NCBI GenBank assembly: GCA_036676395.1
Contig: JAKFCY010000002.1
Coordinates: 128,001-192,000, forward strand
Length of the DNA: 64,000 nucleotides
Reading direction: 5' to 3'
From: Bdellovibrio sp.
GTDB lineage: Bacteria; Bdellovibrionota; Bdellovibrionia; Bdellovibrionales; Bdellovibrionaceae
Each line of letters opens with the position of its first letter. Within the stretch, counting starts at the first letter, position 1. The translations under genes and the position numbers were made by a program. The notes below the pieces were generated by a model. That model saw only the letters and a list, made by a program, of their open reading frames with translations. It made no database searches and was not told the origin of the DNA. This document shows positions 38,857 through 48,600 of this stretch, piece after piece.

Positions 38857-41086
38857 AAAGTTTTTCTATTTAGGTTTAGTGGTAGTGATAGGATTAGCCC
38901 TGTCACTGCCATATTTTTTTTCGGGCGATTTGCTAGCCGAAAAAACTTGGTCGCAGCAGTTTTACGACCGCAATGGCAAATTACTGCGCCTGACTTTATC
39001 AGGTGATGAAAAATATCGTTTTTATACTGATTACAAAGAAATAAATCTGAAATTAGTCGAAGCATTCCTGAATAAAGAAGATCAGTTCTTCTATTATCAT
39101 CCCGGCGTAAATCCTTTTGCCTTAAGTCGCGCATTTTATAAGACCTTTTTAGCCGGTGGTAAAAAACAAGGGGCTTCGACGATCACCATGCAAGTGGTTA
39201 GACTTTTATACCCTGAAACAACTAAATCTATTTCAGGTAAGTTTTTACAAATTTTTCAGGCCATCAAATTAGAAACACTTTATAGCAAAGATGAAATTCT
39301 ATTAGCTTATTTGAACTGGGCTCCTTTTGGATCAAACTTAGAAGGCGTTGGAGCCGCTTGTTTTTTTTATTTTAAAAATTCATGCGAAAAACTAACTCAG
39401 GAGCAAATTGAATTTTTAGTGCAAGTTCCGCAAAATCCAACAAAGTTCACAAGTTTAGCCAATGAAAAAAAACAAAAGCTGGCCTTTACTGCGCCTCATT
39501 TCATTGAGTATCTAAAACAAAAGGGTATCGAAGATAAAGCCGTCACTACGACTCTTGATAGTATGCTCCAAAAAAATATAGAAACTTTGGCTGAATCTTA
39601 TTTTAAAACTATCGCGCGCACCGGCGTCAAAAATTATTCACTGGTGATTGTTGATACAGCTAAAAATGAAATTGTTTCTTATATCGGTTCACGTGATTAC
39701 TTTAACGCCGACATCAAAGGGCAAATTGATGCCAATCGTTCGTTAAAACCACCGGGATCAACCCTTAAACCTTTTATTTATGCTCTGGCATTACAACAAG
39801 GACTTATTCATGAAAAAACTTTATTAAAAGATACACGTATGACCTTTGCCGGTTTGAACCCAGAAAATTTCGATGAACAATTTTTGGGGCCGATGAGTGC
39901 AGATCAAGCTTTAATCTTAAGTCGGAACTTACCAGCGGTAGATTTAGCGCGAAAGCTTAATAACCCTAGCTTTTATGATTTTATGAAAGGCAAAAGTTCT
40001 CTTAGATTTAAAGACGAAAAATTTTATGGGCTTTCTTTGCCACTTGGCGGTGTTGAGATGAGTTTGTTAGATTTAATGAAGCTTTACACTTCGCTAGCTC
40101 ATCAAGGTCAGTATGCGGATTTAAACGTGACAGTAAAAAAACAAAAGTCTTTATACCAGCAGATTTTAACTGCAGAGTCTGTGTATATTGTATTGCAAAT
40201 GCTTAAGAAGAATCCGCGCAGTGAAAGTGCGACATTGCATGAATTAACTCATACAGCGATGCCACTCGCTTGGAAGACCGGAACTTCAAAGTCTTATAAA
40301 GACGCTTGGACTTTAGGGTTAATCGGTAATTATGTCGTAGGCATTTGGTTTGGTGATAATGATCGCGAGATGAATCCGGCCTTAGTCGGACGAAATATGG
40401 CAGCGCCGCTCTATTTTCAGATCTATGATTATCTTCGCAATAAGCCGCAGTATTTACGCGGCCACGAAAACCCCATTTGGGATTCTCGGGTGGGTCTTAA
40501 TATTAAGCCAGTGCACATCTGCAGTGTTTCTAAAAAATTAGTGACTGAAAACTGTGGGCATAAAACTGAGGCTAGTCTTTTTATACCTGCAGTTTCATCC
40601 ATTGAAACCTGCAGTATCCACCGTAAAGTTTATGTTGATTCCAATACCCAGAAAATATCGTGCAAGGCCGGTGCCTTTTTAAAGGCGCAAAGCCGCGTGG
40701 TTGAAGTTTGGCCGGATGATTTGTTGGCTGTTTACAAAGAAGCAGGATTAAAAAAAATCACGCTGTCAGACAAAAAATTTTCATGTGATGAAAGTGGCAG
40801 TCGTCTTGGGCAAATCAGCATAACCAGCCCACAAGAAAATATTGAATACCTGATTCAAACACAGCAAGGGCGGCTGAAAAAGCCAAAAATCCAGCTGCGT
40901 GCAATTTCAGAATCAGACAGTCAATATCTAGATTGGTTTGTAAATAAAAATTATGTGGGCCGTTCTTATAAAAGTGACCCCGTATTCTTTGAAACCGACC
41001 TTCCAGGCCGATATTCGGTGTCAGTGAGCGACAATTTAGGTCGTTCCCAAAGCAGTTATTTTAGTGTTAAAGTCATAAGCCAGTAG
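38843..41086 (+). CDS. pbpC: Penicillin-binding protein 1C
   Basis: EDQFFYYHPG and GASTITMQ transglycosylase motifs; STLK, SRN, KTG; directly after A2M. Confidence 0.93.
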   Translation: MKLSKKFFYLGLVVVIGLALSLPYFFSGDLLAEKTWSQQFYDRNGKLLRLTLSGDEKYRFYTDYKEINLKLVEAFLNKEDQFFYYHPGVNPFALSRAFYKTFLAGGKKQGASTITMQVVRLLYPETTKSISGKFLQIFQAIKLETLYSKDEILLAYLNWAPFGSNLEGVGAACFFYFKNSCEKLTQEQIEFLVQVPQNPTKFTSLANEKKQKLAFTAPHFIEYLKQKGIEDKAVTTTLDSMLQKNIETLAESYFKTIARTGVKNYSLVIVDTAKNEIVSYIGSRDYFNADIKGQIDANRSLKPPGSTLKPFIYALALQQGLIHEKTLLKDTRMTFAGLNPENFDEQFLGPMSADQALILSRNLPAVDLARKLNNPSFYDFMKGKSSLRFKDEKFYGLSLPLGGVEMSLLDLMKLYTSLAHQGQYADLNVTVKKQKSLYQQILTAESVYIVLQMLKKNPRSESATLHELTHTAMPLAWKTGTSKSYKDAWTLGLIGNYVVGIWFGDNDREMNPALVGRNMAAPLYFQIYDYLRNKPQYLRGHENPIWDSRVGLNIKPVHICSVSKKLVTENCGHKTEASLFIPAVSSIETCSIHRKVYVDSNTQKISCKAGAFLKAQSRVVEVWPDDLLAVYKEAGLKKITLSDKKFSCDESGSRLGQISITSPQENIEYLIQTQQGRLKKPKIQLRAISESDSQYLDWFVNKNYVGRSYKSDPVFFETDLPGRYSVSVSDNLGRSQSSYFSVKVISQ

Positions 41087-41094
41087 AGGTTTAT

Positions 41095-42180
41095 ATGGAT
41101 AATAAAGAAATAGTTTTTAAATACTCAATTTTAACTGTGGTTTATATTTCTTTTGCCTTATTGTTCTGGCCTTTTAAAACAGCGCTACTATTAGCTGCAC
41201 TTTTTGCGATGGCGATGACGCCGTTATTGAATCGCTGGCTGAATAAAATCGACCGCGAAAAACTTTTGATCTTTTTTATGGTCACTGGGTTAATTCTAAT
41301 TGTTATTGCACCTCTGACAGCGATTGTAACTAAAGGGATTTTAAATTTAGCGCAGTTACAACAAGACGCGATTGCACAATTACCTTTATATAAAAATGTA
41401 GAGGCTACCGTGAGCAAAATCTGGGGTTTTGCCAATGACATATCGTCGCGTTTTAATTTTGATTTAAATGAAACTTTTGATGTGCAATCACTTTTGCCGA
41501 AAGCCTTACAACTTGTGATTCCTTGGTTGACGGCCTTGATCACTAATTTTCCTGAATTTCTATTACAACTTTTCGTTTTCGTGTCGAGCTTGTATTTTTT
41601 CTTATTAAAGCGCCGTGAGTTTTTATCATGGTTTAAAGATAGAGGACTGTTGTCTGCTGATTCTTTATCAAGACTGATTAGCGTATTACAACGAGTTTGT
41701 TACACAGTGGTTTTTTCAACGCTTATTGTGGCCTCTGTGCAAGCAACGATAGTGACTGCTGCGGCTTCTATTTCAGGTTTTGATAATTTAATGATTATTT
41801 TCATTCTGACATTTTTTATGTCGTTTTTACCGGTTGTTGGATCGGTGCCAGTATCCGGAGCTTTAGCTTTGTTCAGCTTTTTGCAAGGTGAAACCGGGCA
41901 CGGTATAGTGATGTTGATCGCTTTAGGCTTTGCTGGCGGAATTGACAATGTTATTCGCGCTTATATCTTAAGTGCTGAAGAAGAAATTCATCCTCTGGTT
42001 TCGTTATTAACTTTAATCGGTGCTTTAGCCATGTTTGGAATTTCGGGATTATTTTTAGGCCCGATTATCGCAGAGCTTACTTTTGCAATTGGCAATATTA
42101 TGAATGGGTCTGATCAGCCGACGGAAGTGCCAGCGATTGTTTCTTCGGAAGACGAATCAGCGCCACAACGTTCCCGATAA
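41095..42180 (+). CDS. AI-2E family transporter
   Basis: Multi-TM; SFLPVVGS, IDNVIR, HPLV, FGISGLFLGP. Confidence 0.88.
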   Translation: MDNKEIVFKYSILTVVYISFALLFWPFKTALLLAALFAMAMTPLLNRWLNKIDREKLLIFFMVTGLILIVIAPLTAIVTKGILNLAQLQQDAIAQLPLYKNVEATVSKIWGFANDISSRFNFDLNETFDVQSLLPKALQLVIPWLTALITNFPEFLLQLFVFVSSLYFFLLKRREFLSWFKDRGLLSADSLSRLISVLQRVCYTVVFSTLIVASVQATIVTAAASISGFDNLMIIFILTFFMSFLPVVGSVPVSGALALFSFLQGETGHGIVMLIALGFAGGIDNVIRAYILSAEEEIHPLVSLLTLIGALAMFGISGLFLGPIIAELTFAIGNIMNGSDQPTEVPAIVSSEDESAPQRSR

Positions 42181-43021
42181 TGCAAAAAACTGCGCCTAAA
42201 GCTAAATACAGGCTCCAATTTAAATCTTCGATATAAGTCGAAACGATCAGGGCAATGATCGGCGAAGCGATACTGGTAAAGCCAGCTTTAGCTGGTCCGA
42301 TATTTTCGATCAATTTAAAATACGCCCAAAAAGAAATAACTGTTCCGAAAATTGAAAGATAGAAAAATGAAATTATAAAAGGTGAAGTGATTTCAACGTG
42401 CAGTGATTTTCCGAATAATAAACAGACTAATAATGAAAAACCTGCACCATATAACATAGCCCACGAATTATTCGCCGAAACAGGAATGTTATCTTTCTTA
42501 TTTAAATACGAAACTATGTTTCCGGCTGAAGCTGAAAGCGTAGATAATAGACCGATTAAAAATCCCCACAGCGAATTGGGGTGTAAGCCGATATTTAAAT
42601 ATTCATTCCACGCAATAAAAGCCATACCGAACAGGCACAAGATGCCACCCCACACGACTTTTTTTTCAAAAGGTATATTTAAAAATATACGCCCACCGAA
42701 CATGTTTAAAAAAATGATCGAAGTAAAAGCTAAGGCAATCAATGCCGAGGTGGCCATTGAAGTGGCCCAGTAAGTTAAAAGGTAATTTAAACAAAAGATA
42801 AATAAACCCTGGGTCGCAAAACGAAAGTGTTGCGAGCGGGTAAATTTAAAGAGTGAAATCTTTGTGAAGTAGCAGGTGATAAACATCACGCAGCTTGAAA
42901 AGATAAAACGGTAAAAAACTGCGGCGCTGCCATCAACGTAGGGAAGTTGGTATTTAATCGCAATCCAAGTTAATCCCCAGATGATGGCGCAGGTTAAGAA
43001 ATAACTGGTATTATTCCTCAT
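42098..43021 (-). CDS. EamA/DMT family transporter
   Basis: IWGLTWIAIK, about 10 TMs, IGPAKA; start set to ATG 43021 overlapping the gcvH-like stop. Confidence 0.88.
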   Translation of the reverse strand: MRNNTSYFLTCAIIWGLTWIAIKYQLPYVDGSAAVFYRFIFSSCVMFITCYFTKISLFKFTRSQHFRFATQGLFIFCLNYLLTYWATSMATSALIALAFTSIIFLNMFGGRIFLNIPFEKKVVWGGILCLFGMAFIAWNEYLNIGLHPNSLWGFLIGLLSTLSASAGNIVSYLNKKDNIPVSANNSWAMLYGAGFSLLVCLLFGKSLHVEITSPFIISFFYLSIFGTVISFWAYFKLIENIGPAKAGFTSIASPIIALIVSTYIEDLNWSLYLALGAVFCIIGNVVALIRLPKKQSLALPSADQTHS

Positions 43022-43427
43022 CGTCCTCAGAAGCTTCTTCGTCTTCATCATCGAAGTCGTCATCCTCATCATCTTCGTCGTCGTCTTCTTCGTCTTCATC
43101 ATCATCGATTTCGCCAGCGACTTCGATGCGAACAAGCCAACCTTCTTCGTATGGATCTTCCATAAGAACAGCAGGATCATCGACAACTTGTTGATTGATT
43201 TCGATAATTGTTCCTTCGAACGGCGAAACGATATCAATTGTTCCGTCGTCAGATTCTACGCTTCCGAAAGCAGTGTCTGCTTCAACTTTTTCTTGTTCGG
43301 GAGGTAAATCAATCGTGTTGATTTCTGTGATGTCTTCAAGACCTTCATCATTAATACCAATTGTAATAATGCCGTCAGTTTCTGAATACCAAAGATTGTG
43401 ATTAAAGTTTTTTATTTTTCCGGCCAT
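43011..43427 (-). CDS. Glycine cleavage H-protein homolog lacking the lipoyl lysine, with acidic tail
   Basis: HNLW, ITIGI, FGSVES-DD (canonical VK), SPFEGTIIEIN, DPYEEGWL. Confidence 0.8.
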   Translation of the reverse strand: MAGKIKNFNHNLWYSETDGIITIGINDEGLEDITEINTIDLPPEQEKVEADTAFGSVESDDGTIDIVSPFEGTIIEINQQVVDDPAVLMEDPYEEGWLVRIEVAGEIDDDEDEEDDDEDDEDDDFDDEDEEASEDDEE

Positions 43428-43623
43428 ATTTTTTCCTATTTATGCTCAAGATAAATCCATTTTAACTATTTTTTTCACGGGGTCAAATTTTGGCGAATTT
43501 TTAACAAAAGATATAATTCTTCTTAACGCAAATTTTAAAAATAGACTTTATCTAACTGTGTCTGTTACAACACACCAACTTTTAGAGAAAAGCTAATTTG
43601 AGTCACAAGTCAGAGGGGGATGA

Positions 43624-44226
43624 ATGACGACAATGCGTTTTTTTATGATCGGTTCTTGGACCGAGGGGATGTTTCATTTTCAGAAACTAATGCCCTTTAT
43701 AGTATCATATGAACCAGCAACAATTCAGGCAACAGCGTATCGTTTACCGGTGGGATTTCCAGTTATCACTGAAGAAAAAGCCGCCACAATTCATGGTCAA
43801 ATCATTGAATTAAATGCGGATGCAACTCTGTTGGCGTTAATGGACACTTTGCACGGAGTAAAAGCAGCAGATCCTACTAAGGGTTTGCACTATCGCACGC
43901 AAGCGCAAGTCACCAAAAATTCGGGTCAGACTGACACAGCCGAAGTTTATTTTTATAATCCAAAAAAATTGACAGCAAAAGCAGCAGTTATTGCTGGCGG
44001 TTTATGGAAGCAGTCTTTAGAAGAGCAGCAGCCATTGCCATTACAATTAACTGAAAAGCAAAAAACCTATGTGCTTAAATTAGGTGCTGTTAAAGGCCGC
44101 GATATTATTCCGATCAATGATCTTACTTTATATCGTGAATTGATGAAATTAGAGTTGATCGTTGATAAAGGCCGCCGTTTAGCATTGAGTTCTTTAGGCA
44201 AAGAAGTTTATAACCATCTTGTTTAA
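43624..44226 (+). CDS. Gamma-glutamylcyclotransferase-like fold protein with C-terminal winged-helix-like segment
   Basis: AYRLPVGFPV, IHGQI, YRTQAQV, AEVYFY; helical C-terminal extension. Confidence 0.55.
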   Translation: MTTMRFFMIGSWTEGMFHFQKLMPFIVSYEPATIQATAYRLPVGFPVITEEKAATIHGQIIELNADATLLALMDTLHGVKAADPTKGLHYRTQAQVTKNSGQTDTAEVYFYNPKKLTAKAAVIAGGLWKQSLEEQQPLPLQLTEKQKTYVLKLGAVKGRDIIPINDLTLYRELMKLELIVDKGRRLALSSLGKEVYNHLV

Positions 44227-44705
44227 TGGACCATTTAAAACCGATCGATCCACTTTTTAGAATTGTTATTGTTGAGCCGGAAATTCCACAAAATACCGGT
44301 AATATAGGTCGCACCTGTGTTGGTGCGACTTGTGAACTTCACCTCATTAAACCCATGAGTTTTGAAATCACTGATTCGCAAGTCAAACGTGCGGGCCTTG
44401 ATTATTGGCCACATCTTTCTTGGAAAATTCATGAAAATTTTAACGACTGGTATAATTCAGTCGAAGATAAAAGCCGCATTTTTTATATTGAAAACAAAGT
44501 AGAGCAAACCATCTATCAAGCGAACTTTAAAAGAGGCGATTGGTTAGTTTTTGGAAAAGAGACAAAAGGTTTGGACCCTGATTTGCTTATGTCAAATCTG
44601 GATCGTGCCTATATGATACCACAAACAGGGCCAGTTCGCAGTTTGAACTTGGCCACAGCTGTGGCGATCACGATCTATGAAGGTTTTAGACAGGTGAATG
44701 TGTGA
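44226..44705 (+). CDS. trmL: tRNA (cytidine(34)-2'-O)-methyltransferase
   Basis: PEIPQNTGNIGR, RAGLDYW, FGKETKGL, RSLNLA. Confidence 0.95.
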   Translation: MDHLKPIDPLFRIVIVEPEIPQNTGNIGRTCVGATCELHLIKPMSFEITDSQVKRAGLDYWPHLSWKIHENFNDWYNSVEDKSRIFYIENKVEQTIYQANFKRGDWLVFGKETKGLDPDLLMSNLDRAYMIPQTGPVRSLNLATAVAITIYEGFRQVNV

Positions 44706-45547
44706 AAAAAATATTGTTAATTTTATTGGCGTTAACTGCATTTTCAAATATCGCTGAAGCAAAACGCCCGTTAGTTTTATGGTTACATGGGTGTTTGCAA
44801 TCGCCAGAAAGTTTTATCACTCAATCTAAAATCGAAGAATTAACTCAAGAACTAAATCCTGTGATTTTAGCGCCTGAACAAAATATTTTTGCAAATCCTG
44901 TTAAATGCTGGAATTGGTTTTTACCAAGTTTACAAGACCGCAAAGCATTTATGGCTTCAGTGGTCTCTGATATTACGGCATTAGTTGATTCAGGTGTTGT
45001 TGATGCCAACAGAATTTATGTGGGTGGGTTTTCTGCAGGTGCGGTTTTATCGACGCATTTTGCGTTATGTTATCCAGAAATTTTTAAAGGAGCACTTTTA
45101 CATTCAGGGGCTCCGTTTAAATTTGTGCAAAGTTTATTCGGTGCGGGTAATGACGATGATTTAGCATACGCTGGTTACGAGTGTGCAGACCATATTTTAC
45201 CTGCGAAATTAAATACGGTGACGATTTTTTCTGGCACTAATGATTTAATTTCAACAGAGCGTGATAATAAATTAGTCTTAGAACAGTTTTTAGGTTTTTA
45301 CGATTTATCAGATGATCAATTGTTAAATGATTCTTCAGTTGCAGCTGTTACAGTATCAACTACTGATCGTAAAGGCGATAAAATCACTGATTATGTGATG
45401 CACTCAGGGTCACATGTGCGTTTTGTTTCAATCAAAGGTCTGCGCCACCAATTTAGCGGTGGTGATGAAAACAGTTTAGCCACTTCGCCTGAAACTCTAT
45501 CTGCAGTCGGCGCTTTTTTGAAGTGGACCAAGAATTTTACCAATTAA
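44702..45547 (+). CDS. Secreted PHB-depolymerase (LpqC)-family esterase
   Basis: Signal peptide; LHGCLQ, CWNWF, GFSAG nucleophile elbow, GLRHQFSGG. Confidence 0.82.
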   Translation: MKKILLILLALTAFSNIAEAKRPLVLWLHGCLQSPESFITQSKIEELTQELNPVILAPEQNIFANPVKCWNWFLPSLQDRKAFMASVVSDITALVDSGVVDANRIYVGGFSAGAVLSTHFALCYPEIFKGALLHSGAPFKFVQSLFGAGNDDDLAYAGYECADHILPAKLNTVTIFSGTNDLISTERDNKLVLEQFLGFYDLSDDQLLNDSSVAAVTVSTTDRKGDKITDYVMHSGSHVRFVSIKGLRHQFSGGDENSLATSPETLSAVGAFLKWTKNFTN

Positions 45548-45619
45548 TAATTCATTTCAGGGTTAAAGACTTGTAAAGAGATGCGTAAAATAACGTTATA
45601 ATGGATCTCTGGCTAGACT

Positions 45620-45634
45620 GTCTCAAGTTGAGAC
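45620..45634. promoter_or_regulatory. Perfect palindrome GTCTCA-AGT-TGAGAC
   Basis: Seen directly, about 60 bp upstream of the fibre gene. Confidence 0.6.
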
Positions 45635-45696
45635 TAAAATGTAAAAATCGTCAAAAAAAAGCACAATATTTTTAAGAATTTACCGATAAGTTAACA

Positions 45697-48600
45697 GTGA
45701 AGAACGTATGCAGGACACTTAGCAGATGGCTATTTATTTTTGTAAGTATTTTTATGCTTGCACCGAGCGTGTTTTCTGCAAACTACACCACATATCAAGC
45801 TAAAATTGTTAAGCCCGATGGTTATCCATTAGAATCAAATAACGTCAATTTTAAATTTACAATTTTAGAACCAACCGGCAGTTGCATTTTGTATGCTGAA
45901 ACTTACAGTTCAGTGAACATGGCAAACACTGGCGGGTTGATTTCTTTTTCGCTTGGTTCTGGGGTTAAAACTTATCCGGTCAGTAGTCCGACATTTGTTG
46001 ATATTTTTAATAATGCGGTTGCATCGCATTCGTGTGATGCAGGCGGGCCCGTAAGTTATTCACCGAACTCTGATGATACCAGAAAAATCGTGATGCAATT
46101 TCATGACGGTAACGGTTGGCAAACGCTGCCAGCGATGACGATCAATGCCGTGCCCTATGCGATGTATGCCAACGATTCGCAACAATTAGGTGGCGTAGCT
46201 GCTGCAAATTATGTTCGTCATAGCACGATTCCGACTTGTACGGCATCGCAAGCACTTCAGTATACTGGGGCAAGTTTTAATTGTGTGGCATTGCCAGACG
46301 CAGGTGTGTTCAGTGCAGCTGATGTAGCAACAGCTTTAAGTTATACACCAGCAAATGCAGTGAGCGTAACTTCGTTAAGTAGCGAAATTGGCAATGTGTC
46401 GTCAACGGTGTATGCGGTTTCGTCGACAGTAAATAGTTTAACTTCAAATTTTTCAAGTTTACAAAACAGTGTTGCTGTTTCATTAGCTGCCATCACAAGT
46501 TCACAATGGGTAACGTCAGGAACAACTCTTTTTTATAATTCAGGCAATGTTGTAGTTTCTGGTGGTTTACGCATCAGTATGGATGTTGCGGTCTGTTCAA
46601 TAAATTTAGCAGGTGCCTTACGCTATAATTCAGGCGCTGTTGAATATTGTAACGGAACAACCTGGACAGCCTTTGGAGTTTCTGGAGCCGGCTTGCAGGG
46701 GTTAAATGGTTCAACTTCAGGAACACAAACTTTTGCGATCGGAACAGCCGGCACGGCACCAACATTTGTAACAAATAATGGTGTGCACACTTTAAATATT
46801 CCGTTAGCCAGCGCTGGATCAGTAACTGGTGGGTTATTATCTAACGCTGATTATTCAACATTTATGAATAAGATCACATCAAGTGCCGCAAGCATTGCGC
46901 AGGTGTTAGGTTTTACTCCGGCAAATAATGCAACGCTTGCCAATTATGCCGTACGTTCAAATAATTTAAGTGATTTAACTTCAAGTGCAACAGCACGCGC
47001 TAATTTGGGCGTTGGCTATATCGGTACTTTAACAAGTGTAGATTTAAGTTCAGCCGATGTCAGCGGAACACTGGCGATTGCAAGAACGCCTTCTTATATA
47101 GGTGATGTCACAAAAGCTGCAGCAAGTAATGCATTAGTGTTATCAAACACAGGTGTTGTGGCTGGTACGTATAATAAAGTTACTGTCGATGCAAAAGGCC
47201 GTGTCACTTCAAGTTCTGCCTTAACGGCCAGTGATGTAAATACCGCTCTTACTTATACAGCTGCAAATAGTGCTACGGTAGCATCGTTAAATTCAAGCGT
47301 CATAGCTTCATTTACTTCGGTGGCAAATTCTTTGGCGACAATATCTGGTACTTTAAGTTCAACTGTAAGTTCACAGTGGACAACTTCTGGCGCGGCTATT
47401 TTTTATAATTCGAGTGTAGGCGTGGGCACTGAGGCACCAGCGGCCAAACTGCATATCTGGCGTTCAGGCGGAACAACTATTGGTGGGTCTTCATCAAGCA
47501 CGGCTAATGCTGGTTTGCTGATTGAAGGCGGCGCCGCAGGAGTTCTGACTTTTGATGGAAATGAAATTCAACAATTCGGAGATACTTTATTTTTGCGTGG
47601 TGAAAACGGAATCAACTTTGCTATTGGCGATGGCGCTGATGGTAACAGCAGTACGCCGATGGTGCTTAACTCTAACGGCCGACTAGGCGTTGGTACGACG
47701 AATCCATTGGTGCAAAATCACTTTCATAAAGCAACGACTATTGGAACAGTTGGAGCCTTAAATATTAATTCTGCTGTTCTTCGTATTTCAGAAGCCGCAA
47801 GCGCGACACTAAATTTCGATGGTAATACTATTGTAGCTGAAGATGATTTATATCTTGGTACAAAAGGTTCAGGTGTATTTCAATTAATCAGCAGCGATAC
47901 GGTTCGTGTTAATATTGCAAATACCGGTAACATAGGTGTGGGCGCAAACTTTACACCAACAGCCCGGTTACATTTAGTTTCAGGCACGGCAGCCGCAAAT
48001 TCAGCTCCCTTAAAATTTACTTCAGGAACTTTAATGACAGCGGCACAAGCTGGCGCGATGGAGTATGATGGTTCTGGATTTTATTTAACAGATGGTGCAG
48101 GAACACGCCGAGTGATTGCCACAGCGACTATGCCGGGCTCATTAGATAATGCTTCAATTATTAATTCGACCGGCAACATGAATTTGGTTCCGGTGGGATC
48201 AGTTATTGTATCAGCGACAACTCAATCTACGAATTCACAAACTGGTGCGCTAGTTGTTAAAGGCGGATTAGGTGTTGCCGGAAATATTTTTGCATCAGGC
48301 ACAATTATCACCTCATCAAATATTCAAGGCGCTTCAATCACAGCAACTAACGGCATGATTGCGCCGTACATTGCAGGCAGTATTGTATCTAGTGGTAGTT
48401 TAACTTTAGATTCAACGACTCATGCAACTAAAGGTAAAATTTTATTAGCGCCAAACGGGGGCTATGTCGGAGTAGGTACAGTCGTGCCAACAGAAAAATT
48501 TCACGTGGCAGGCAATGGTCTTTACAGGTCAAATGATACGATCTTAAAAGTTCAGGAATCAAATCATGCCTTAGGTTCGGCCCAGATACAGGTCGGCCAA

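Noticed and set aside
43022..43237. Met/Lys/Thr-rich N-terminal extension of the EamA ORF
   Set aside because: Alternative-frame reading of the gcvH-like gene and its acidic tail; the likely start is 43021.
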